Origin: Terriglobia bacterium
GTDB lineage: Bacteria; Acidobacteriota; Terriglobia; Acidiferrales; UBA7541
Length of the DNA: 64,000 nt
Assembly (NCBI GenBank): GCA_963695545.1
Contig: OY968796.1
Location: 2,304,001 to 2,368,000, forward strand
Reading direction: 5' to 3'
Shown: positions 19,373 through 28,836 of the stretch, piece after piece
Position numbering within the stretch: the stretch's first letter is position 1
How the letters are laid out: each line of letters starts with the position of its first letter
Translations under genes and position numbers: made by a program
Notes under the pieces: model-generated
The model's database searches: none
What the model saw: the letters and a program-made list of their open reading frames with translations, nothing else
Told to the model about the DNA's origin: nothing

Positions 19373-20005
19373 ATGAACCTGCCCAACAGCCTGACGATCC
19401 TCCGGATTTTCTTCATTCCGCTCTTGGTGGTCGTCTTGCTCACCCAGCAGCCCAATATTAACTTCTGGGGGCTGCCGATGAACTTCGCGGTGTGGGGCGT
19501 GCTCATTCTGCTGGCCGCTGCGGCAACGGATTGGGCTGACGGCTACTACGCGCGCCGCCGCCGCCAGATTACCACGCTCGGGATTCTGCTCGACCCGATT
19601 GCGGATAAGCTGCTGATGACCGGGGCGTTCATTTCGCTTGTCGAGATGCGTCTGGTTGCCGGCTGGATGGCGGTGATCATCATCGGGCGCGAGATTACCG
19701 TTCAGGGGCTGCGCAACATCGCCTCCGCCGAAGGATTCACGATTCCGGCGTCGGCGCTCGGCAAGACAAAGATGGTGTTGCAGGTACTCGCCGTCTGCGT
19801 GGTGATTCTGGCCGCGAAACGGCCGCAATTTCATCGGCTGGGCATTTTGTTGCTGTGGCTGGTGGTGGTAAGCGCGATCGGCTCAGCAGTGCAGTATTTC
19901 AAGAAGTTCTGGAGTCAGCTCGACGATCGCGTGAAGCAGCGGCGCAAACTTTCGGTCCTCGACGCGCCGCCGCACAAGAATCCTCAGGATGTCGCCACTT
20001 TGTAG
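19373..20005 (+). CDS. pgsA: CDP-diacylglycerol--glycerol-3-phosphate phosphatidyltransferase
   Basis: MNLPNSLTILR, TDWADGYYARRR..T.LG.LLDPIADK, GKTK. Confidence 0.94.
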   Translation: MNLPNSLTILRIFFIPLLVVVLLTQQPNINFWGLPMNFAVWGVLILLAAAATDWADGYYARRRRQITTLGILLDPIADKLLMTGAFISLVEMRLVAGWMAVIIIGREITVQGLRNIASAEGFTIPASALGKTKMVLQVLAVCVVILAAKRPQFHRLGILLLWLVVVSAIGSAVQYFKKFWSQLDDRVKQRRKLSVLDAPPHKNPQDVATL

Positions 20006-20552
20006 TGAAGAGCGGCGGGAACTGTTGGCCCGCGCGCGCCGCGCCATCCTTGATGCAACAATCGGCAAGCCTTCTTCTCAGTCCGCATCTCGATCCGAAT
20101 CCGGCTCCACGGCAGAAAACACCTGCGGTGTGTTCGTAACGCTGCATCATCGTGGACGATTGCGCGGGTGCGTAGGCCAAATCGAAGCCGTTGGCCCGCT
20201 CTCCGACGCCGTCGCGCGCTGCGCCGTCGCCGCGGCGTGCGAGGATCCGCGGTTTCCTCCCGTCGAGGCGGCGGAGATCGCCGATCTGGAAATCGAGATT
20301 TCGCTTTTGTCGCCGCTCAAACCGCTCGCGGCGTCGCAGATCGAGATCGGACGTCACGGCCTCGTCGTGGAGCGCGGATCGCGGCGCGGCTTGTTGTTGC
20401 CGCAGGTCGCGGCGGAGCGCCACTGGCAGTGGCCGCGCTTCGTCGAAGAGACCTGTGTAAAGGCCGGCCTTTCGCGCGACTCCTGGAAGGATTCGGCAAC
20501 GCGCACCTTCGCGTTCACGACGGAAGTGTTCAGCGAGAAAAACTGCACGTAG
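19989..20552 (+). CDS. AMMECR1-family (AmmeMemoRadiSam protein A)
   Basis: GVFVTL, LRGCVG, DPRFPPV, IEISLLS, GLLLPQVA, CVKAG. Confidence 0.9.
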   Translation: MSPLCSEERRELLARARRAILDATIGKPSSQSASRSESGSTAENTCGVFVTLHHRGRLRGCVGQIEAVGPLSDAVARCAVAAACEDPRFPPVEAAEIADLEIEISLLSPLKPLAASQIEIGRHGLVVERGSRRGLLLPQVAAERHWQWPRFVEETCVKAGLSRDSWKDSATRTFAFTTEVFSEKNCT

Positions 20553-20667
20553 TTGCGCGGTCTTTCGCGCCTCCACTTTCACCAAATGGAAAGGGCCGGG
20601 CGTTTCCGCCCGGCCCTCGTTTATCCGTCGTGGCTGCGTGCGGGGAATTCCTCCCCGCGCCCGCGGT

Positions 20668-21537
20668 CTATTCGATCTCGACGTAGTCCCCGGCGAATAG
20701 TTCCCGCCGAGCGTGCGTAATCATCACCGTCGCCGCGTTCGTTCCCACGCGCACTACGATCCCCTCGCCCAGCACTTCGCGCGGAAGATCGCCCCACGTG
20801 TAATGCTCCGGATCGGTTCCGAAGCCGTACATCGTGTAGGTTGTGTTCTTATCCTGATAGGTTGATTCGTTCGTCTCGCCTTCGTGGCGGAACACGCGCA
20901 CGTAGTCGCCCACTTGCAGGCTTTGCTTCGCGCCCAAATTGACGTACACAATTCCGCCGTAGCCGATCACTTGACCGAAGTGCTTCGTCGTCACGATCAT
21001 TCCCACCGGTTTCCCGCTGGGCGGCGCGAACATGTCGAATTGGCTGTCCGCATGGTAGGGCGGAGCGGGTCGCTCGGCGAACGGCACCAGGATGTCGTCT
21101 CGCTGAATCCAATCGCAACTGTGCGTCACTTGAGCGATGGCCGTCTTGGCCTGCACGTTCAGCACGCGCAGCCGGCCCAGATCCACGTACATCGTGCCCA
21201 TCGCGCGCAGTAGCGCGGTCTGACCTTTGAAGTAGGGCTGCGGGACGAAGTCCGATTCCGCGCGCATCGCCAGGAATTCATCTCCGACCTTTACGCCCGC
21301 GTCGGAACCCTTGTTGATGGTCACGAAATCGGGTGCGATGGCCGTAATGCGGTGTTCAGCCTGTTCGGGCGCGATCACGTAGATGTCGTGTGGCATGGCC
21401 TCGCTTGAGACCACGCTCGAGCAATACATGTCGTCTTCAGTAGGCGTGGTGGGCTGCTTCTGCGCCGCGGCCACTCCTGCGGAGAGTACCAGGACCGTCC
21501 CCACATTGAGACACACAGATAATATTCGTCGGTTCAT
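20668..21537 (-). CDS. Exported hypothetical protein with two FlgT_C-like beta-barrel repeats
   Basis: Signal peptide; two units VTINKGSDAGVKVGD...G.LRV...A.AQV and VYVNLGAKQSLQVGD...GEGIVV...ATVMI; GGAGG RBS. Confidence 0.65.
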   Translation of the reverse strand: MNRRILSVCLNVGTVLVLSAGVAAAQKQPTTPTEDDMYCSSVVSSEAMPHDIYVIAPEQAEHRITAIAPDFVTINKGSDAGVKVGDEFLAMRAESDFVPQPYFKGQTALLRAMGTMYVDLGRLRVLNVQAKTAIAQVTHSCDWIQRDDILVPFAERPAPPYHADSQFDMFAPPSGKPVGMIVTTKHFGQVIGYGGIVYVNLGAKQSLQVGDYVRVFRHEGETNESTYQDKNTTYTMYGFGTDPEHYTWGDLPREVLGEGIVVRVGTNAATVMITHARRELFAGDYVEIE

Positions 21538-21606
21538 TATTGCGCTCCTCCAAACGCCGGGAGCTTGCCTACCCCGGGGTGAGGTGTTGCCTTGCCAAAC
21601 CACGCT

Positions 21607-21622
21607 AGCAAGGCCGCTTCCA
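21607..21622 (-). promoter_or_regulatory. Putative sigma54 (-24/-12) promoter
   Basis: TGGAAGCGGCCTTGCT on the minus strand (GG-N10-GC), 70 bp before the ATG at 21537. Confidence 0.55.
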
Positions 21623-21711
21623 GTGGGTCAAGAATGGACTGAGGCCCGCTTTACACTTTTGATACCCGCATGGTACTAAGGTAGCTTCCTTAAAAGAGTT
21701 AGGGGGCAGGG

Positions 21712-23235
21712 GTGTTTGGACCAAATCGCATCTGCGGAGTTGTGGCCGCCGGGACCGGGCTCGAAATGGCCCACCTCCTCAGGCGAACCCTGCGGCAGAC
21801 CCGTACGGTGGAATTGCGCCTCGATTACCTCCGCGGCCCGCGCGAGCTGGCCGCTTTTTTCGCCATTCTCGCCAAAGAATCGCCTCGTGCCACGCTGATC
21901 GCGACGTGCCGTTCCCGCCGCGGCGGAGGACGATTCCACGGTACCGCTGCGGCACAGCGCGAGGCCCTGGCCTCGGCCGCCCGCGCAGGCTGTCAATGGT
22001 GCGATGTCGAGATCGAAGCCACGCGCGGCTGGTCCGCCGCCCGGCGACGGCGCGATCTGCGGCCCGCGCGCGTGCTGCTTTCCTATCACAACTTTCGTCG
22101 CACACCCCGGAATCTGGGCGCGTTCGCGCGCCGTCTCGAGCGCTCCGGCTCCGACGCGATTAAGATCGCCGCCGAATGCCGTTCGATTCAGGATGCTGCG
22201 CGCCTACTCGAATTGGCGCGTGGCCGGAAAAATCGCGTGATCGTGCCTATGGGCGAGCTGAGCCAGGCGGCGCGCGTCCTCGCACTGCGCGAAGGCAGCG
22301 CACTCGCGTACGCCCCAATCGAAACGGCCACTGCGCCGGGCCAAACGTCTCTCGATGAATTTATGCGCCTGGTTCGCGCGCGCCGCCCAACCGGAGCGCG
22401 TTGGCTAACGCGCCAAACTCGCGTCTATGCCGTAATCGGGGATCCCGTGGCCCATTCTCTTTCGCCGCTGATGCACAATGCGGCGTTTGCGCTGACGCAG
22501 CAGAACGCAATCTATCTCGGATTCCGCGTTCCCTCGCTGCCTGATTTTCTGGCCAGCGTCGGCTCGCTCGGCATCTCTGGTTTTAGTGTCACGCTGCCGC
22601 ACAAGGAAGAGATGCTGCGCCGCCTCGACGATTGCGATCCGCTCGCCCGCGCAATCGGCGCCGTCAACACCGTTGTGGTGCGCCCAGGTGGGCGTTTGTA
22701 CGGCTACAATACAGATTACGTCGGTGTGCTGCGTGCGCTCGAACGGCGCGTGAACATCCCGGGCAGTTGCGTCCTTCTTCTCGGTGCCGGCGGAGCGGCG
22801 CGCGCGGCGGCGTTCGCGCTATCGCGCGGTGGAGCGAATGTTTCGATCTGGTCGCGCACGACAGCGCGGGCGCGAAAGTTGGCGCGCGCAGCCGGCGGCG
22901 AAGCGATCGAGCGCGATCGCATCGCGAAGCAACATTTCGACGCCATCGTGAATTGCACGCCGGTCGGCCTTTATCCACACGGCGGCTCTCCGCTGCGCCC
23001 GGCCGAGCTCAACTGCCGCATCGTGATGGACATGGTTTATCGCCCGCGCGAAACCGAATTGTTGCGCGCCGCTCGCCGCCGAGGGATCGAAACTATGTCC
23101 GGCGTGGAAATGTTCGTGGCGCAAGGCGTCGCTCAGTGGGAAATTTGGACCGGCCTGCGCGCGCCGGAAGCGGCCATGCGTCGCGTGGTCAATCAGGCGC
23201 TTCGACAAGAGGAAAGGGAATCAGCGCGGCGATGA
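21712..23235 (+). CDS. aroE: Bifunctional type I 3-dehydroquinate dehydratase / shikimate dehydrogenase (AroD-AroE fusion)
   Basis: N-terminal VELRLD, SYHNF, IKIA, TAPGQ; C-terminal HSLSP.MHN, SVTLPHK, GAVNT, NTD, GAGGAARA. Confidence 0.92.
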   Translation: MFGPNRICGVVAAGTGLEMAHLLRRTLRQTRTVELRLDYLRGPRELAAFFAILAKESPRATLIATCRSRRGGGRFHGTAAAQREALASAARAGCQWCDVEIEATRGWSAARRRRDLRPARVLLSYHNFRRTPRNLGAFARRLERSGSDAIKIAAECRSIQDAARLLELARGRKNRVIVPMGELSQAARVLALREGSALAYAPIETATAPGQTSLDEFMRLVRARRPTGARWLTRQTRVYAVIGDPVAHSLSPLMHNAAFALTQQNAIYLGFRVPSLPDFLASVGSLGISGFSVTLPHKEEMLRRLDDCDPLARAIGAVNTVVVRPGGRLYGYNTDYVGVLRALERRVNIPGSCVLLLGAGGAARAAAFALSRGGANVSIWSRTTARARKLARAAGGEAIERDRIAKQHFDAIVNCTPVGLYPHGGSPLRPAELNCRIVMDMVYRPRETELLRAARRRGIETMSGVEMFVAQGVAQWEIWTGLRAPEAAMRRVVNQALRQEERESARR

Positions 23236-24818
23236 CTCAAAGCACCATCCAGCCCGATTTCAAAACGTTCTCGCGCCTCGCGCGCCGCGGCAACCTCGTC
23301 CCCGTGTACTCCACGTTCACGGCCGATCTGCTCACGCCCGTATCCGCCTATCTGCGCCTTGCGCGGCAAGCGCGCTACGCCTTTCTGCTGGAAAGCGTCG
23401 AAGGCGGCGAGAAGATTGCGCGCTACACCTTCGTCGGCGCGAATCCGGTCGAGGTGTTTCGCTACGTTCGCGGCGCGTGCGTGCTCGAAGGCGAAGGCCG
23501 CGTTTCCTGGGAGCAGACCAACCCGCTCGATTTCCTGCGCCATCGCGTCGAGCGCTATCGCCCCGTGCGCGTGCCGGGCCTGCCGCCGCTGGTCGCGGGC
23601 GCCATTGGCTATTTCTCGTATGACATGGTGCGCTTGTTCGAGCGCATCCCCGACACTGGCCGCGACGATGTCGGCGCCGACGATGCCGCCATGATGTTTT
23701 TTCTCGGCATGGTCGTATTCGACCACGTCCAGCACCGCATCTGGATCGTGCGCAATGTTTTCACGGACGGCGAAGGCAGCTTGCGCTCGAAATATTTGGC
23801 CGCGGTTCGCGAAATCGAAGCCACGCGCAAACTTCTCGATCAGCCGCTGCCCGCAGAGCAGTCCTCCGCGAAGCCGCAGCGCCGCTCGAACGCGCGTCTC
23901 GCCTTCACCACGAACACCACGCGTGGCCGCTATGAGGCCGCCGTGCGCAAGGCCAAACGCTACATTCGCGCTGGCGACATTTTCCAAGTCGTCGTCAGCC
24001 GCCGCACCGATGTTCGCACCGACGTTGATCCATTCGATCTCTATCGCGCGCTGCGCGTCGTCAATCCTTCGCCCTACATGTATTTTCTAAAGCTTGACGA
24101 CACGGCCGTTGTCGGCAGCTCGCCGGAAATGCTCGTGAAGGTGCAAGGCCGCGAGGCCTTCTATCGTCCCATCGCCGGCACGCGCCGCCGCGGTCGCGAC
24201 GACGCCGACGATCAGCGCCTCGAAGCCGAAATGCTCTCCGATCCCAAAGAGCGCGCCGAGCACATCATGCTTGTCGATTTAGGACGCAATGATCTCGGCC
24301 GCGTCTGCGAATACGGCTCCGTCCAAGTCGAGCGCCTCGCTTTTGTCGAGCGCTATTCGCACGTCATGCACCTGGTCTCCACGCTCCGCGGCCGGCTGCG
24401 CGCCGACGTCGATTGTTTCGACGCGCTCGCCGCCTGTTTTCCCGCCGGCACGCTCACCGGAGCGCCCAAGGTTCGCGCCATGGAGATCATCGACGAACTC
24501 GAGCCCACGCGCCGCGGCATCTACGGCGGCGCGATCCTGTATCTCGATTTTTCCGGCAACCTCGATTCTTGCATCGCTATCCGCACCATGGTGGTCAAAA
24601 AAGGTGTGGTTCATTTGCAGGCCGGCGCAGGACTCGTTGCCGATTCAGTGCCCTCGCGCGAATATCAGGAAACGATCAATAAGCAAGGCGCGATGCTCGC
24701 CGCGCTCGAAGCGGCCCACGCCGAATCGTCGTCCCGCCGCACCACGAAATCGCCGGCGCCGAGCGCGCGGCGAAAAAAATCGAGCAAGAAAAAATCGAAG
24801 CGCGCAAAAACAAAATAA
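23232..24818 (+). CDS. trpE: Anthranilate synthase component I
   Basis: LLESVEGGE, GDIFQVVVS, NPSPYM, PIAGT, EHIMLVDLGRND, GAPKVRAM. Confidence 0.95.
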   Translation: MTQSTIQPDFKTFSRLARRGNLVPVYSTFTADLLTPVSAYLRLARQARYAFLLESVEGGEKIARYTFVGANPVEVFRYVRGACVLEGEGRVSWEQTNPLDFLRHRVERYRPVRVPGLPPLVAGAIGYFSYDMVRLFERIPDTGRDDVGADDAAMMFFLGMVVFDHVQHRIWIVRNVFTDGEGSLRSKYLAAVREIEATRKLLDQPLPAEQSSAKPQRRSNARLAFTTNTTRGRYEAAVRKAKRYIRAGDIFQVVVSRRTDVRTDVDPFDLYRALRVVNPSPYMYFLKLDDTAVVGSSPEMLVKVQGREAFYRPIAGTRRRGRDDADDQRLEAEMLSDPKERAEHIMLVDLGRNDLGRVCEYGSVQVERLAFVERYSHVMHLVSTLRGRLRADVDCFDALAACFPAGTLTGAPKVRAMEIIDELEPTRRGIYGGAILYLDFSGNLDSCIAIRTMVVKKGVVHLQAGAGLVADSVPSREYQETINKQGAMLAALEAAHAESSSRRTTKSPAPSARRKKSSKKKSKRAKTK

Positions 24819-24839
24819 GCGAGCGACCGGCCTCAAAGT

Positions 24840-25403
24840 ATGATCCTACTGATCGACAACTACGACTCGTTCACTTACAACCTGGCCCAATTCCTCGGCC
24901 ACCTGGGCGAAACGCTCGAAATTCGCCGCAACGATCAGATCACGCTCGATCAGATCGCCGAACTCGCGCCCGCTCGCATCGTCATTTCTCCCGGCCCCGG
25001 TACGCCGCAGCAGGCCGGCATTTGCATCGACGTGATTCGCCGCTTTGCCGGGCAAGTGCCGATTCTCGGCGTTTGCCTGGGCCACCAGGCTATCGGCCAC
25101 GCCTTCGGTGGCCGCGTCATTCGCGCGCCGAAATTGATGCACGGCAAGACCAGCCAAATTCTTCACGACGGCAAAACGATCTTCCGCGATCTGCCGCAGA
25201 GCTTCGTCGCCACGCGCTACCACTCCCTCATCGTCGATCGCAAAGGCTTGCCCAAGGAGCTCGAAATTTCCGCGCACGTCGCCGACGGAACCATCATGGG
25301 CCTGCGCAGCCGCCGGTTGCGCCTCGAGGGCGTGCAGTTCCATCCGGAATCGGTGCTCACCGACGTCGGCATGCAACTTCTGCAAAATTTTCTTAGCCTA
25401 TAA
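24840..25403 (+). CDS. trpG: Anthranilate synthase component II (glutamine amidotransferase)
   Basis: IDNYDSFTYN, SPGPG, GVCLGHQ, RYHSL, QFHPES. Confidence 0.93.
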   Translation: MILLIDNYDSFTYNLAQFLGHLGETLEIRRNDQITLDQIAELAPARIVISPGPGTPQQAGICIDVIRRFAGQVPILGVCLGHQAIGHAFGGRVIRAPKLMHGKTSQILHDGKTIFRDLPQSFVATRYHSLIVDRKGLPKELEISAHVADGTIMGLRSRRLRLEGVQFHPESVLTDVGMQLLQNFLSL

Positions 25404-25478
25404 GCGGCGTCGATTTGTTTTCGGCCCGCTCGTCTCGAAATGGGATGCGGCCGCATCCGATGCTTAGGTGCCGGATCG

Positions 25479-27080
25479 ATGAAGCTCTCCAAGCCCTTGA
25501 CGATCGTCCTCGGAATCCTGGGCGGCGTGCTCCTCGCGTACTGTGTGATCTTCGCGATTAGTCTCGAGTGGGCGTCGCGCCACGGTCGCGAGTTCGTCAT
25601 GCAACAAATCCAAAAAAGGTTCCACGGCGAAGTGCAACTTGATTCCATCAATATCAAGGTCTATCCGTCGGTCCAGGTGACCGGCACCGGCGTCGTAGTG
25701 CTTTTCAAGGGACGCGAAGACTTGCCCCCGCTGATTTCGATCAAGAGCTTCACCGCGCAGGCGAACTGGCTGGAATTGATGCGCCTGCCTCGCCACATTT
25801 CGCACGTCACGCTGGTCGGTTTGCAAATCACGGTTCCCGCCGGGATTCACCGAATCGGGGAGGATAGCGCGCGACCCAGAATTTCGCTGGGTCACTTGCA
25901 CGGTGTCTTCCTCGACGACATCGAAGCGAACGACGCGACCCTCTCGATTTTGCCGAAGCAAGCCGGTAAGGAGCCGCAGGTTTACGACATCGCGAGCCTC
26001 CACGCGCATACCACTTCCGCCGATGGCGAGGTGGCGTTCGAGGCCACGCTGCGCATCCCTGTTCCGCCCGGCGACGTCCTTACCCGCGGTTCTTTCGGTC
26101 CTTGGGATGTCGATGCCCCGGGTCTCACTCCTGTCTCCGGCTCATTCACATATGACAACGCCGATCTCGGCCACTTCAAAGGAATCTCCGGGATTTTGTC
26201 CGCGAAAGGAAGCTACGACGGCGAGCTCGAACAGATCGCTGTCGATGGCGCAACCGACACGCCGGACTTCAGCGTTGACTCCGGCGGACACCCGGTTCAT
26301 CTCACCACCACATTTCACGCCGTCGTTGACGGCGTCAACGGAGACACCGCGCTCGATCCGGTCGACGCGCATTTCCGCCACACCACTCTCCACACCACGG
26401 GAATTATCGCCGGCACTCCGGGCCAAAGGGGCAAAGCGGTCAGACTTCAAGTCAGCACCGCGGGCGCGCGCGTCGAAGATCTTTTGTTGCTCGCCGTGAA
26501 AGACGAACCCGCCATGACCGGCGACGTCCAATTGCACACCGCGTTCCTCTTGCCCGCGCGATCGAAAGACGAAGTTCTGAATCGCCTGTTCCTCGACGGC
26601 GCTTTCAGCGTTGATAAGGTCGTGTTCACCAATCACGGCATCGAACAGAAAGTGGACAAGCTCAGCATGCGCAGCAGCGGAGATACCGGCGCCGTCCCCG
26701 AGGGCGAAGACGTCGCCACTGAGATGCAAGGTCAGTTTCGGCTCGAAGACGGCGTGATCTCTTTTTCCGATCTGAATTTTCGCGTGCCCGGTGCGAACGT
26801 CAACGTGGCCGGCACATTCGGTCTCGATAATCAGGCGCTCGATCTGCACGGCACTTTCGATATGCAGGCGAAGCTTTCGCAGACCACCACCGGCGTAAAA
26901 TCCTTCTTGCTCAGGGCCGTCAATCCCTTCTTCGCAAAACCTGGCGGCGGATCGCGCATCCCCTTCAAGATCGGCGGCACCGCGAAGGATCCCGTCTACG
27001 CGCTCGATCGCCACTATAAGAATGGTGACAACAGCCAGACGCCAACCAAGAGTAGCTCCGCCGAAGCACGCGGCAACTAG
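25479..27080 (+). CDS. AsmA-like bridge protein, paralogue 1
   Basis: N-terminal TM anchor then beta-taco-like repeats; AsmA-like C-terminus (L.F.VPGA...G......LD..G......KLSQTTTG.KS). Confidence 0.75.
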   Translation: MKLSKPLTIVLGILGGVLLAYCVIFAISLEWASRHGREFVMQQIQKRFHGEVQLDSINIKVYPSVQVTGTGVVVLFKGREDLPPLISIKSFTAQANWLELMRLPRHISHVTLVGLQITVPAGIHRIGEDSARPRISLGHLHGVFLDDIEANDATLSILPKQAGKEPQVYDIASLHAHTTSADGEVAFEATLRIPVPPGDVLTRGSFGPWDVDAPGLTPVSGSFTYDNADLGHFKGISGILSAKGSYDGELEQIAVDGATDTPDFSVDSGGHPVHLTTTFHAVVDGVNGDTALDPVDAHFRHTTLHTTGIIAGTPGQRGKAVRLQVSTAGARVEDLLLLAVKDEPAMTGDVQLHTAFLLPARSKDEVLNRLFLDGAFSVDKVVFTNHGIEQKVDKLSMRSSGDTGAVPEGEDVATEMQGQFRLEDGVISFSDLNFRVPGANVNVAGTFGLDNQALDLHGTFDMQAKLSQTTTGVKSFLLRAVNPFFAKPGGGSRIPFKIGGTAKDPVYALDRHYKNGDNSQTPTKSSSAEARGN

Positions 27081-27202
27081 CGCTCCTTCGCCGTCGATCT
27101 CTCCGTTCTCATCGGCGTCAAGCGGCAACCGACGCGGACTGGTAACGCGCCGCCCCCGCCAAAACGGTGCGGATTCGCATCAAATGCATGGGTGCAAGGT
27201 TC

Positions 27203-28804
27203 ATGAAATTGTCCAAGCGTTGGAAAATAACTCTAACTATTATCGCTGGTGTGCTCCTCGCGGCGTGTCTGGCGTTTGTTATTGGCGTCAGGTGGGCTTC
27301 TCGCCACGCCCGAGAGGTAGTCATCAACTCGCTCCGAAAGCAGTTTCACGCCGACGTGACGCTTGACTCCGTCGAAATGAAAATGTTCCCAATCATCCAG
27401 GTAAGCGGCGTGGGCCTGGTGATGCGCACGAAGGGACGCGACGACTTGCCACCGCTGATCTCGATCAAAAGTTTCACCGCGCAGGCGCACTGGCTCAAGT
27501 TGCTGCGGTTCCCGCACCACGTTTCGCAAGTGACGCTGGTGGGCCTCGAAATCACCGTTCCGACCGGCCAGCCAGGCGACGACGAGCGCCCGAGAAGCGG
27601 GAACTTGTTGGGCCGCGTCACCGGCGTCGTCATGGATGATGTGCACACGGAGAACGCGAAGATTACGGTTCTACCGAAAGACCCCGCGAAACAACCGGAA
27701 GTCATCGATGTCGCGAGTCTCGAAGCACATTCGATCTCCGGCGATGGCGAACTCGCTGCCGACGCGACCATCCGAAGCGCGCTTCCGCCGGGCAATATCA
27801 TTACAACCGGCAGGTTCGGTCCCTGGGATCCCGATGTGCCTGCGCGCACGCCTGTCTCCGGCTCGTTTACCTTCGACAACGCCGACCTCAGCACCATTCC
27901 TGGCGGCCTCGCGGGCACGTTGTCGGCCCGCGGCCACTATGAAGGCATCATCGAAAAAATTGCTGTGGATGGCACAGCCGGCACGCCGGATTTCAGCACG
28001 AAGTCGAGCGAACACCCAGTCGACCTGACCGCGACGTTTCATGTGATCGTCGACGGCGCGAACGACGAAACAATTCTCCAGCCGCTCGACGCGCATTTCC
28101 TGCACACCACTCTCCACGCGACCGGCGAAATCGCCGGCACTCCCGGACAGCAAGGCAAGGCCGTCAGCTTGGATGTAAGCGCGACCGACGCGCGCATCGA
28201 GGACATTTTGGTGCTAACCGCCAAGGACGAGCCTGCTCTCACCGGCAACATCCACTTACATACATCGCTTGCTTTGCCTGCGGGGCCTCAAAATGATCCC
28301 ATGAATCAAATAACCCTCAATGGCTCATTCAATCTCGATCAGGTGGTCTTCACTAATCACGCGGACGAGAAGAAAGTGAATACGTTGAGCATGCGCAGCC
28401 AGGGCGAAACCGGCGAAGTCTCGGATGATGCCGTCGCCTCGGAGATGCAAGGAACCTTCCTGGTTCAAAACGGCGTGATGACGTTTTCCGATCTCAATTT
28501 TCAAGTGCCGGGGGCGCAGGTCCACCTGGTTGGCACAATCGGCCTCGAACACCAGAATTTCGATATGCGCGGTATTTTGGATATGAGGGCGGAGATTTCC
28601 CAGACCACCACCGGCGTCAAATCATTTTTCTTGAAAGCCGTTGATCCACTCTTCTCGAAGCCCGGCGGCGGATCGCGCATATTTTTCCACATCGGTGGCA
28701 CCGAGAAAATTCCCATCTATACACTCGATCTCCACCACAAAACTCCAGAGAAGGCTCAGGACCAGCCCCCGAACAAGACCACTGCCAACGCCGGCGGTAA
28801 CTAG
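27203..28804 (+). CDS. AsmA-like bridge protein, paralogue 2
   Basis: Colinear with paralogue 1 (GR.DLPPLISIKSFTAQA.WL, GPWD, SQTTTGVKSF, KPGGGSRI); same 1602-bp length. Confidence 0.75.
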   Translation: MKLSKRWKITLTIIAGVLLAACLAFVIGVRWASRHAREVVINSLRKQFHADVTLDSVEMKMFPIIQVSGVGLVMRTKGRDDLPPLISIKSFTAQAHWLKLLRFPHHVSQVTLVGLEITVPTGQPGDDERPRSGNLLGRVTGVVMDDVHTENAKITVLPKDPAKQPEVIDVASLEAHSISGDGELAADATIRSALPPGNIITTGRFGPWDPDVPARTPVSGSFTFDNADLSTIPGGLAGTLSARGHYEGIIEKIAVDGTAGTPDFSTKSSEHPVDLTATFHVIVDGANDETILQPLDAHFLHTTLHATGEIAGTPGQQGKAVSLDVSATDARIEDILVLTAKDEPALTGNIHLHTSLALPAGPQNDPMNQITLNGSFNLDQVVFTNHADEKKVNTLSMRSQGETGEVSDDAVASEMQGTFLVQNGVMTFSDLNFQVPGAQVHLVGTIGLEHQNFDMRGILDMRAEISQTTTGVKSFFLKAVDPLFSKPGGGSRIFFHIGGTEKIPIYTLDLHHKTPEKAQDQPPNKTTANAGGN

Positions 28805-28836
28805 CCGGACTTCGTGATTTCTAAATTTTATTTTTT

